The notes beneath the pieces were generated by a model. It did no database searches and was not told where the DNA came from. It saw only the letters and a list, made by a program, of their open reading frames with translations. 64,000 nt of DNA from a virus. Every line of letters begins with the position of its first letter. Position 1 is the stretch's first letter. This document shows, one piece after another, positions 35,728-43,833 of the stretch. Location: IMG/VR virus record IMGVR_UViG_3300045988_077625, positions 1 to 64,000 of that record; one strand, given 5' to 3'. A program made the translations under genes and the position numbers.

Positions 35728-36462
35728 TCATATTGCATTTGCAGAAGCAGCAAATTCACCATAATATTTTAATTCCGCTTTAACTCTTGCATTTATTGCA
35801 TCTTGCAAATTCTTATAACATCCAAGATATATATTCTTTTTGTTGACGAAAATATATGCCTCATATCTGTCTTTATAAGCCCTATACGTTATTCCTATCT
35901 TGCCACATTTGTTTGTTATTGAATTGTGACGATTCATACAATTTTGAGATGGCGTACAAATTCTCAAATTGTTTCTTCTATTATCTAGCTTGTCGCCATT
36001 TATATGGTCTACGAATTTATCTTGTGGCGCATTCATCAAAAATCTATGTAACGATATTCTTTTATTTTTATCAATGCTATGCGTCGCTATATATCCGTCC
36101 GACGTTACATTCCAATAAAGATTTTTAACCGTATCATAATCTTGTATGTCAAAAATAAATCGTGTTCCATTTTCACAATATCCAACACAAACATCATCTT
36201 GAATATCAAACTGATTGTATTTTTTATTGATTTCAACAAATTTATCAATTTTATAACATCCACACGATGTTGTTTTCCCGTTTTTAAGATATGGTAGTCT
36301 TACTGTTATCTCTTTGCCACAGTCACATTTACATCTAACCAATCTTGCACGGCTCTTTCCTGATGGGGATTCATACCAACCGTCATCCCCAATAACAACC
36401 AGCCTACCAAACCGTTCCCCTATTGGAGTTGGATTATAGCATACGCCTTTTGCTTTTGACAT
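35728..36462 (-). CDS. free-standing HNH homing endonuclease with AP2 DNA-binding domain
   Basis: HNH_3-type region HRFLMNAPQDKFVDHINGDKLDNRRNNLRICTPSQN. AP2-like region YRAYKDRYEAYIFVNKKNIYLGCYKNLQDAINAR. Confidence 0.7.
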   Translation of the reverse strand: MSKAKGVCYNPTPIGERFGRLVVIGDDGWYESPSGKSRARLVRCKCDCGKEITVRLPYLKNGKTTSCGCYKIDKFVEINKKYNQFDIQDDVCVGYCENGTRFIFDIQDYDTVKNLYWNVTSDGYIATHSIDKNKRISLHRFLMNAPQDKFVDHINGDKLDNRRNNLRICTPSQNCMNRHNSITNKCGKIGITYRAYKDRYEAYIFVNKKNIYLGCYKNLQDAINARVKAELKYYGEFAASANAI

Positions 36463-36573
36463 GATTTTATTATCCTTTCCTACCAAAAGATTTTTATATA
36501 GAGTAAAGCGCAGAGAGTAGGCCCTACGCTTCTAAAAGGAATAAGTTGTACACCTTACCCTACCTCTATCCTA

Positions 36574-36602
36574 ATTATACCACAATCTCATATATTTGTC
36601 AA
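36574..36602 (-). promoter_or_regulatory. sigma-A type promoter
   Basis: TTGACA-17 nt-TATAAT with TGg extended -10. Confidence 0.7.
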
Positions 36603-37654
36603 GATATTTTTACACGATTTTCAAAAATTTTTTTCATTTGCTCGTCCGTGAAATCCATTGGACTGTATTTATATCCATCATATCCTTGATTGTTGTAGGC
36701 ACAAAATACTGTGAAATATGGAGTGAGGCGACGCGCAATCTTTTTTATCTTTGCTACGAAAAATCTAAAATCTTCACCTTTGGTATCAATAAAATCTGAA
36801 TCAAAACCAATCGTTACTTCATTTACACCAAGCTCTAACAACAATTGTATATGTTGCTTAGACACATTTGACCCAAATACAGCCAATGTATTATTTATTC
36901 CTTTTGATGCAGCTTTTAAGCAAGATTTCTCAGCTTCAAATAATATAACGCTCTTACACTTGCTGATTATGTCCTTATTTTGATCATAGGCATAAAATAG
37001 TTGACCGCTTGGGAATTTTAATACTGTCCCATCTAATGTGCATATTGGTCTATATTTGCCTTTAACTATATCCTGCTCTCTTGTATATCTCCCCCTTACG
37101 CCTACTAGTTGTCCATTAAACACAACAGGTATGGAAATACACGCCTGACGCGCATACCAGCCTATACCAAATTTATCAAGTGTATCTGCTGAAATGCCGT
37201 AATCCAGCCATTCTTGCGGATATAAATGGTCAAATAGAGATAATATAGACTTGTCATATGTCAAAAGTTTATCTGGCTCTGGATCGGCATTAGGTAGAAA
37301 TCTACGCAATTCAGACCAATTATCAATCTGCTCATCTTGCTCTATTTGCCCCACTTGTAGATGCAAGACAGAGCAGATATATGATACAGCTTGATTAAAG
37401 TCAATATGCTTAACATGCTGAACTAGAGATATAGTGTCACCTGAAAAATGACATACAAAACAAAACCAGTTTTGAGATTCAATGTAGTAATAAAGGCGCG
37501 GCTTATGAGCTTGGCAATCATCCCCATGATGGCATATACTTGGGAATATCAGATTATTACTATCAGCCTTCATCAATGGAGCACCCATAGCATCCATTAG
37601 CTCTATAATGCGGTCATCGGTTAATTGGGATTTGAGAGATTGGATGTCGATCAT
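36599..37654 (-). CDS. dnaG: DNA primase (DnaG-type)
   Basis: CHC2 zinc finger is CHHGDDC..FCFVCHFSGD. Toprim acidic motifs are LFEAEKS and GFDSD. Confidence 0.75.
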   Translation of the reverse strand: MIDIQSLKSQLTDDRIIELMDAMGAPLMKADSNNLIFPSICHHGDDCQAHKPRLYYYIESQNWFCFVCHFSGDTISLVQHVKHIDFNQAVSYICSVLHLQVGQIEQDEQIDNWSELRRFLPNADPEPDKLLTYDKSILSLFDHLYPQEWLDYGISADTLDKFGIGWYARQACISIPVVFNGQLVGVRGRYTREQDIVKGKYRPICTLDGTVLKFPSGQLFYAYDQNKDIISKCKSVILFEAEKSCLKAASKGINNTLAVFGSNVSKQHIQLLLELGVNEVTIGFDSDFIDTKGEDFRFFVAKIKKIARRLTPYFTVFCAYNNQGYDGYKYSPMDFTDEQMKKIFENRVKIS

Positions 37655-39123
37655 TTAGCATATACCAATCGTGTTCGTTGAAGCTGATAGGGGTTATCAA
37701 ATTTAGTAGTTACAAAACAATCCTTTGTTCGACCTGTATTCAAATCAAGATGGAAATATATCTTAATGCCCTGTTCAACCTGTGAGAAGCGCATCTTATA
37801 ACATGATAATACACGATTCGGCTTTACTTTATTAGGATATTTCTCCATCATCATATCAGCTATTTCTTGCTCTTTACGACGCAACGGCATGATTACGCCA
37901 GCCACATCAGCCTTGTTCTGAATTGCTCTTGAACCAGCTGCAACGCCGCTATCCATAATCTCCTGAGTCATGGCATTAGCATTAACCTGAGTAAATGTCA
38001 AGACAGCAATATTATATTCAACAGCTAAATCCTTGAGCTTACTTGCTATACCAGATAGCACTTGATCTGAACGAGTAGACACGCCATTCTTTTTAGCCAA
38101 ATCGCTTGATACAGATGATGATTCAACAATGTAATCATAACAAAGATAGCCTACATTTTTGTTTACCACATAATCCTTTACATACGATTCAATCAAATCA
38201 ACCGTATAATTAGGCATAGTGACGATATATAGCTTAGATTCATGCAAGATTTTAATAGCCTCATCTACACGTTCTTCTTCGCCTTCCTCATATCGCCCAT
38301 TTAAGATACTAAAGCATGGCACGCCGCTAATTGTAGCCACAATCTTAGGCGTGATTTCAGTATCCCCAGCCATCTCAAATTGGAGATATAGACCAGCCTT
38401 ATGCTGATAACATGGATTATCTATATATTGCCCCTTGTTTATGTCATAGATTCTAGGACAACATACTTGCACAAGATTAGCCAAGCCAATAGTTGACTTG
38501 CCTACACCTGAGCCGACTGAATAGATAGATAGCTGTCCCGGAATCCAACCTCTAGCAGCTGTGTTCAAATATTCGCTAAAGGTCGTTGCGCCGAATAGCG
38601 GCTCTGCCTTAAAGCCCTCTTTAATCGCTTCAAATCCGTCGCCAGCTTTTAGCTCATCTATATCTTTATCTTTGTAGAATTGCTTTTTTATAGCTATCTG
38701 CTGTGCGTCAAAATATTGTACTATGTCCTCTATTGTCGCTTTATTATCTTGTTCAAATTTATCTATGTTGTATCCAACTGTCTTGTATGAGCGAAGCAAT
38801 GTAGCTCGTCGCGTGTTGTTGTAATAGACCTCAAAGTTCCCAACATTGGCAAGCTGCTTGACTGTATCAATGAAATCGTCTAGTTGATTCAGCTTGAATA
38901 TATCCTCTACCCTTTTGTTGTTCTTACATAGCATATAGAGGTCTAGTGCTGATATAGACTCAGCTCCACGCTTAGCCAAAGCGACACAGCCCTGCCACAA
39001 TCTGAGGTGAAAATCGACCGTGAAATCTTCACGACTCAATGGGTACTTATCAGAAATAGCAAGAGAAGGCTTGATTAGCAAACAACCTAATAGTAACCTA
39101 ACAGAATTTTGGTCATAGAGCAT
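37651..39123 (-). CDS. dnaB: replicative DNA helicase (DnaB-type)
   Basis: 490 aa. Walker A is GSGVGKST. RecA-like C-terminal domain with an N-terminal DnaB-like helical domain. Confidence 0.75.
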   Translation of the reverse strand: MLYDQNSVRLLLGCLLIKPSLAISDKYPLSREDFTVDFHLRLWQGCVALAKRGAESISALDLYMLCKNNKRVEDIFKLNQLDDFIDTVKQLANVGNFEVYYNNTRRATLLRSYKTVGYNIDKFEQDNKATIEDIVQYFDAQQIAIKKQFYKDKDIDELKAGDGFEAIKEGFKAEPLFGATTFSEYLNTAARGWIPGQLSIYSVGSGVGKSTIGLANLVQVCCPRIYDINKGQYIDNPCYQHKAGLYLQFEMAGDTEITPKIVATISGVPCFSILNGRYEEGEEERVDEAIKILHESKLYIVTMPNYTVDLIESYVKDYVVNKNVGYLCYDYIVESSSVSSDLAKKNGVSTRSDQVLSGIASKLKDLAVEYNIAVLTFTQVNANAMTQEIMDSGVAAGSRAIQNKADVAGVIMPLRRKEQEIADMMMEKYPNKVKPNRVLSCYKMRFSQVEQGIKIYFHLDLNTGRTKDCFVTTKFDNPYQLQRTRLVYAK

Positions 39124-39605
39124 TATCCAAACACATTCTCCTCATCATTTCTTTTCACAATCGTCTCAACCCCATCTTCAGCTTGCCATTGTTGTATATT
39201 TTGTTTTACCTGATTTAACCAAGCATAATATTTTTTACATTCATCATATTTATATTTGACCAGTCCAAGCGGCGATTTAGATATATCTAATCCTTGCTCT
39301 TTATGAATATATCTGATAGTATAAGCAATACCACCATATGTCATATCAGGATTATCTTTCATTAACTGAGCAAGCTGTATGCCCACAAGCCGCATATTAG
39401 CATCAGGGGCAATTTGGCGTATATAATCTAGCAACTTGCGCCTATCATCTTTTGATTCTGTCTTGGGCTTAGCGGTATGAGCATTGATGTAATCTTGCTT
39501 ACATTGCTCACAGCAGAAATAGAATTTAGGCTTATATTCGATTGCATCTTGTTTTGTCCTTGATTTACCGCATTGGCGGCATTTAATTTTAGATGACTTG
39601 CTCAT
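39123..39605 (-). CDS. hypothetical zinc-ribbon protein upstream of dnaB (possible loader/organiser)
   Basis: GGGAGG RBS then ATG 39605. Has CRQCGK..CCEQC. The functional suggestion rests on position only. Confidence 0.35.
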   Translation of the reverse strand: MSKSSKIKCRQCGKSRTKQDAIEYKPKFYFCCEQCKQDYINAHTAKPKTESKDDRRKLLDYIRQIAPDANMRLVGIQLAQLMKDNPDMTYGGIAYTIRYIHKEQGLDISKSPLGLVKYKYDECKKYYAWLNQVKQNIQQWQAEDGVETIVKRNDEENVFG

Positions 39606-39636
39606 AAAACAACCTCCCGTTTCATTTGTTGACTTA

Positions 39637-39665
39637 ATTATAGCATAGAAATAGGAGGTTGTCAA
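39637..39665 (-). promoter_or_regulatory. sigma-A type promoter
   Basis: TTGACA-17 nt-TATAAT. Confidence 0.7.
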
Positions 39666-40291
39666 GAAGAAATTATCTCATATTCTAACATCCACTTATC
39701 AATTTCTTCTTGGCTCATAGCCACATCTGTTCGCTTACAATCAACCACACTAAGACCGCTAGGATGCGTTATAACCCGATTTTTCTCTATGCTATATCCT
39801 GCATCATATTCAAGATGCAATCGGCATATACAGCCTTCACAGCCGTCAGGACGTTTGATATTAAACACCCTAGGCGAATCGCCGCATATATTCAAGAATC
39901 TGCTTGAATCAATCCATTGTCCATCCATTTCTATATTCATGTTATCAGGCGCATTATCTTCAACTATGCGGCAATATTGTACATTATAATACAATGATTT
40001 TTTCCATTCATTGATATTGCCTGATACCAATAGCCTAGTAGGCATATCAGATTTTTTCATTGTATAATAATGTTTATTTTTGAGGTATATATAGCTGTCT
40101 ATTCGTGGGTGGATATATTGCGCCATATTAAGCCATGATTTGATTTGCGACTCATTCCATTTGCGGCTTAATGTTTGGCTCATGGTGAGACATTGATTGT
40201 TGGCGATGACGCTGAATTTGATTTTCATATGAGTCTGATATATGTCAATTCGCAGCTCTTGCAGTTGAGCTACACATAGAAATCTATTCAT
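39662..40291 (-). CDS. hypothetical protein (downstream partner of radical SAM gene)
   Basis: 209-aa ORF with a 4-nt overlap with the radical SAM gene. Confidence 0.4.
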   Translation of the reverse strand: MNRFLCVAQLQELRIDIYQTHMKIKFSVIANNQCLTMSQTLSRKWNESQIKSWLNMAQYIHPRIDSYIYLKNKHYYTMKKSDMPTRLLVSGNINEWKKSLYYNVQYCRIVEDNAPDNMNIEMDGQWIDSSRFLNICGDSPRVFNIKRPDGCEGCICRLHLEYDAGYSIEKNRVITHPSGLSVVDCKRTDVAMSQEEIDKWMLEYEIISS

Positions 40292-41535
40292 TTTTTAGAC
40301 CATATACCAAAAGTCGCCATATCTTTTGGGATTAAATGAAAATAATCACTGTCTCCATTTTTTGAGACGAACTCATCATAATATTTCCACGAAGCACCTC
40401 TTGCTGTTTCGCCATATTCTGCAAGATACCCTGTTATATTCTTTTTATACTTTTTATAGCCATCAGCCTTCATTCCTCTACATTTACAAAATTCTTCAAA
40501 TGTAAATGTTTTGAAAAAAGATGGTTGATTGCACCATGCCGCAATAGCATCATATAGCCCTCTGTATGGAGATTTTTTATAATTTTCATGTCTCATGACA
40601 TATGGAAAAGCAGAATATTTAGATAGAATGAAAATGCGTTCAAATAGGTCAAATATATCATTGAGCCAAAAATCATCATCATACCGATTTTCTCTATCAA
40701 AGCCACAAAAGCAATAAAATTTCATTTGTTTTTTCCAATTAGGGCAAGTTGAATATATTAAATTTAGTTTAGATTTAATTAAGTCTTTATCCTCAATATT
40801 ATCAAAAGCGAAGATAAGATCACTATCATATTTCCACGTTTGAATTTCTTCTATTTTTTCTTTGGTGAGCAATCTTTCATCGAGCCCTTGTTTGAATTGA
40901 AACCGTCTACCAGTTGATTTTACAGAATTTATAATATTACGCCAGTCAGGACAAGCAAAGAAATTATCGTCAAGAAAACATAATTTAGGACGTGATATGT
41001 CTATAAATTCATCTAATGCAGAATGCGCACAGCATTTATTGTATATCTTATTAACACAAAACTGACATTGACGGAAACAGCCTCTCGTCAAGAACCCAAT
41101 AGAGTAATCGGTGTAATAAACAAATTCTTTTTGCTTTACACCATTAGCAATACAATTTGCAACCCATTCATCGTACAAATGATAATCCGGGATACAATGC
41201 TCTATATTATTAGGAAGTTTTGGTGCTTTCTCGTAGAAAAATCCAGTTCCGCCATATTCTATTTTTGGGTTTTTTAAGAATGGATTGTTGGCATAATATT
41301 CTGCACAATTTGACTCAGTTTTTTCTATTGATTTGTCCTCCATAGGAATATCTGTCTTGACAAAAACTTTAGAAATAAACACTTTGTCAAATCGTTCAAT
41401 ATCTTCATATGATAAACACAACCTAACATTGTCTCTTTGCGATTTATACCATGACGATATTTTCATGCAAGCAAGATTCGGGAATCTATGTTTAGTTTGC
41501 CCGATAATTTCAGCGTCAATAATACCAACGTTCAA
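40288..41535 (-). CDS. radical SAM enzyme
   Basis: CxxxCxxC motif is RGCFRQCQFC (C153/C157/C160; nt 41056-41079). The N-terminal ~60 aa resemble the Rossmann-like or B12-like cap of class B radical SAM proteins. TTG start overlaps the upstream stop. Confidence 0.65.
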   Translation of the reverse strand: MNVGIIDAEIIGQTKHRFPNLACMKISSWYKSQRDNVRLCLSYEDIERFDKVFISKVFVKTDIPMEDKSIEKTESNCAEYYANNPFLKNPKIEYGGTGFFYEKAPKLPNNIEHCIPDYHLYDEWVANCIANGVKQKEFVYYTDYSIGFLTRGCFRQCQFCVNKIYNKCCAHSALDEFIDISRPKLCFLDDNFFACPDWRNIINSVKSTGRRFQFKQGLDERLLTKEKIEEIQTWKYDSDLIFAFDNIEDKDLIKSKLNLIYSTCPNWKKQMKFYCFCGFDRENRYDDDFWLNDIFDLFERIFILSKYSAFPYVMRHENYKKSPYRGLYDAIAAWCNQPSFFKTFTFEEFCKCRGMKADGYKKYKKNITGYLAEYGETARGASWKYYDEFVSKNGDSDYFHLIPKDMATFGIWSKK

Positions 41536-41711
41536 ATCTCACACACCACCATTCCGTTATCTTGATATACGTTTTTAGCTTGCACATTATCAATCCAATC
41601 CCATCTATCGTCTTTGAGCTTTCCAAAATTTCTACAAACAACAAACCCTTTGCAAACAACCATCATTTGAATATTATGAGGTAGTTCCATAAATACATCC
41701 CACACTGTCAT
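41532..41711 (-). CDS. small hypothetical protein (59 aa), coupled to the radical SAM gene
   Basis: GGAGG RBS then ATG 41711. The stop overlaps the TTG start of the radical SAM ORF (ATTTGAAC). Below the track cutoff. Confidence 0.4.
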   Translation of the reverse strand: MTVWDVFMELPHNIQMMVVCKGFVVCRNFGKLKDDRWDWIDNVQAKNVYQDNGMVVCEI

Positions 41712-41742
41712 ATTGCGTATCCTCCGTTTATTTGATGGTTAT

Positions 41743-41771
41743 ATTATATAATAAAAAGGCGGGATTGTCAA
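41743..41771 (-). promoter_or_regulatory. sigma-A type promoter (its -35 lies in a terminator loop)
   Basis: TTGACA-17 nt-TATAAT. Confidence 0.65.
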
Positions 41772-41782
41772 GCCCCGCCTTT
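41750..41782 (-). terminator. rho-independent terminator
   Basis: Minus strand: AAAGGCGGG-gcttgacaat-CCCGCCTTT followed by TTATTAT, directly after the SSB-like gene. Confidence 0.6.
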
Positions 41783-41796
41783 AATATTTTTATAGA

Positions 41797-42423
41797 TTAC
41801 ATGAATGGATTATTTTCATCGGAATCATCCCAAGGATTTTCTGATTCAGCAGGAGTCGGCGTATCAGTAGGCGTAGTATTGAACACATCACCAAAATCAG
41901 GGATTGGGTCATTAGCAGGAGCAGTTGTAGTCTTAGTGGTGGTTAGCTCCTTTAGTGCAGGAATCTCATATTCGCCCTTTTCAATAGTTTCAACACTATG
42001 AACAGATGCAATATATGGGCGCTTACCAATACCGCCATTCTGCCGCTCATATTCTTCGGTTCCAATAACGACTCCGAACACCTTATTAACTAGCTTCTGT
42101 TCGTCCCACTCCCAATTAAAATTCTTATTCGACTTAGTTACGCTTGTAATAAACCCCTTAAAGAAAGGAAGCGCTTTATCTGAGTAGCTGCGTACTAGAA
42201 CCCCATCACGAGGCCAATACTTTGTTTCACGCTTGTCTGCATCGTATAGCTTCTGATACCAATTTTTGTACTCGCCCTTGCACACGTCCAGTTCCATTCT
42301 TAAATAGCTTTTGTCTGGGTTATCGGTTACTTTCTTAATCCCTACAATGTAAGCGCCATCAGGGATTCTCTTAAACCCGCCACCATTTTCCTGAATCTTA
42401 TCAAAATTAGCAATCTTTTTCAT
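41797..42423 (-). CDS. ssDNA-binding-like protein (DUF669-type) with acidic C-terminal tail
   Basis: Adjacent to a Sak4-like ATPase. The C-terminus ..ENPWDDSDENNPFM resembles SSB acidic tips. Confidence 0.45.
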   Translation of the reverse strand: MKKIANFDKIQENGGGFKRIPDGAYIVGIKKVTDNPDKSYLRMELDVCKGEYKNWYQKLYDADKRETKYWPRDGVLVRSYSDKALPFFKGFITSVTKSNKNFNWEWDEQKLVNKVFGVVIGTEEYERQNGGIGKRPYIASVHSVETIEKGEYEIPALKELTTTKTTTAPANDPIPDFGDVFNTTPTDTPTPAESENPWDDSDENNPFM

Positions 42424-42463
42424 ACTTTACATACCTCACATTATTTTTCAGTTTGTTTATATT

Positions 42464-43132
42464 TTACTCAGCTTTTTTAGCTGTAGTAGTAGATTTAGCC
42501 TTTGGCGTACTTGCCTTCTTTAGCCCATAATATTCTCTGATTGTATCATCAACCATCTTTAGATCGTTATCAATCTCAAGAGAATCAAACATCCCCATTG
42601 GCGACTTGCATGGATTCGAGCCGTCAGACTGTGTAATAAAATAATGCTTGCGCTCATCTGCTTTACATAGCAGGACAATACTAAACAGCCCCTCTACTGT
42701 GAGCTGCTGGTCTAGCATCTTACCAAGAGTCTTAGCCTTTACCTTACCGTTTTCATCAGTATCAATATGCTGCATGATATATACAATCGTATCCGGACTT
42801 GTATCTTCCTGAACCGTGCGCAACATTTCCTCGTAGTTCTTAGCCATCGTGGTAAACTTGCCATATCCGACTTCATTTACCTTGTCAAAACTCTCAAATG
42901 CCATAAGATACTGAGCGTCATCTACGACCCAACTTAGCTTTTTGCCACTACATACTGCGCCTTTGATACTGGTATATGTGGCCTTGTTCATACTCTGTAA
43001 CTTATTTACATTTCTGAATGGTAATGGCTTTGATGCCACATTTAGGATGCCAACATCCTCTTGCTTGAAATTTCTAAGTGACGCTGATTTGCCAGAGCCA
43101 CTTTCACCTAAAATAAGAACTGCTACCCCAAT
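42464..43132 (-). CDS. RecA-superfamily ATPase (Sak4-like), proposed ATT start
   Basis: Walker A (LILGESGSGKS) lies upstream of the first GTG/ATG (43039). GGAGG at 43140-43144 is followed by 7 nt and ATT 43132, which overlaps the HNH stop codon (TAATT). Confidence 0.6.
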   Translation of the reverse strand: MGVAVLILGESGSGKSASLRNFKQEDVGILNVASKPLPFRNVNKLQSMNKATYTSIKGAVCSGKKLSWVVDDAQYLMAFESFDKVNEVGYGKFTTMAKNYEEMLRTVQEDTSPDTIVYIMQHIDTDENGKVKAKTLGKMLDQQLTVEGLFSIVLLCKADERKHYFITQSDGSNPCKSPMGMFDSLEIDNDLKMVDDTIREYYGLKKASTPKAKSTTTAKKAE

Positions 43133-43701
43133 TAAATTTCCTCCTTATATTTCCATCTAAATCCATTAGATGTTTTTCTTTTATTTTTACAACATTCACA
43201 AATATGATTTGATTTATATCCAAGTGTTTCTATGGCTTCTTTAATGCTTTCCCACTCTCTTATAATTTCTCCGTCCAAATTCATTTGAATAACTGGTATT
43301 TTTATAGCGGGATTATTTTCTTTGAATTTTATGCTCAATTCATCATAGAACCATCTTTTACGTTCAGCTCTTTTCTTATGTCCTTGATTATAAGATAAAT
43401 TATATCCTTGTGTACACCATTCTAGGTTGTTTACATAATTGTTTAATTTGTTTTCGTCTTTATGGTTAACAATCGGAAGGTTTTCTGGATTTGATAAAAA
43501 TGCTTCTGCTACAAGACGATGAACCAATAATCTTTTACCAACTTTGTTCTTAAAAAGCTGAACAGTTGCATATCTATTGTTACATATATTCCACTTTAAT
43601 TTTTTCTTATATCGAAACAAACTCCGTACATTACCAAAATTACTTACTTCATACAATCCTTCATATCCAACCACATCTTTCCAAATTTCTTTTTCTTCCA
43701 T
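43132..43701 (-). CDS. free-standing HNH homing endonuclease (NUMOD4 + HNH_3)
   Basis: NUMOD4 motif is WKDVVGYEGLYEVSNFGNVRS. HNH_3 region is VHRLVAEAFL..VNHKDENKLNNYVNNLEW. Confidence 0.75.
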   Translation of the reverse strand: MEEKEIWKDVVGYEGLYEVSNFGNVRSLFRYKKKLKWNICNNRYATVQLFKNKVGKRLLVHRLVAEAFLSNPENLPIVNHKDENKLNNYVNNLEWCTQGYNLSYNQGHKKRAERKRWFYDELSIKFKENNPAIKIPVIQMNLDGEIIREWESIKEAIETLGYKSNHICECCKNKRKTSNGFRWKYKEEI

Positions 43702-43804
43702 ATGTATATATTCTCCTTATACAAGAAATATTAAAAGTGGAGAGTTGGTATAAGCAACTCTCCTAAATAATAGAAGTTAGCTACCCTCTATTAACCTTTC
43801 TTAT

Positions 43805-43833
43805 ATTATACCATAAAATTGTTTACTTGTCAA
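43805..43833 (-). promoter_or_regulatory. sigma-A type promoter
   Basis: TTGACA-17 nt-TATAAT with TGg. A 9-bp hairpin (GGAGAGTTG/CAACTCTCC) follows in the leader. Confidence 0.7.
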
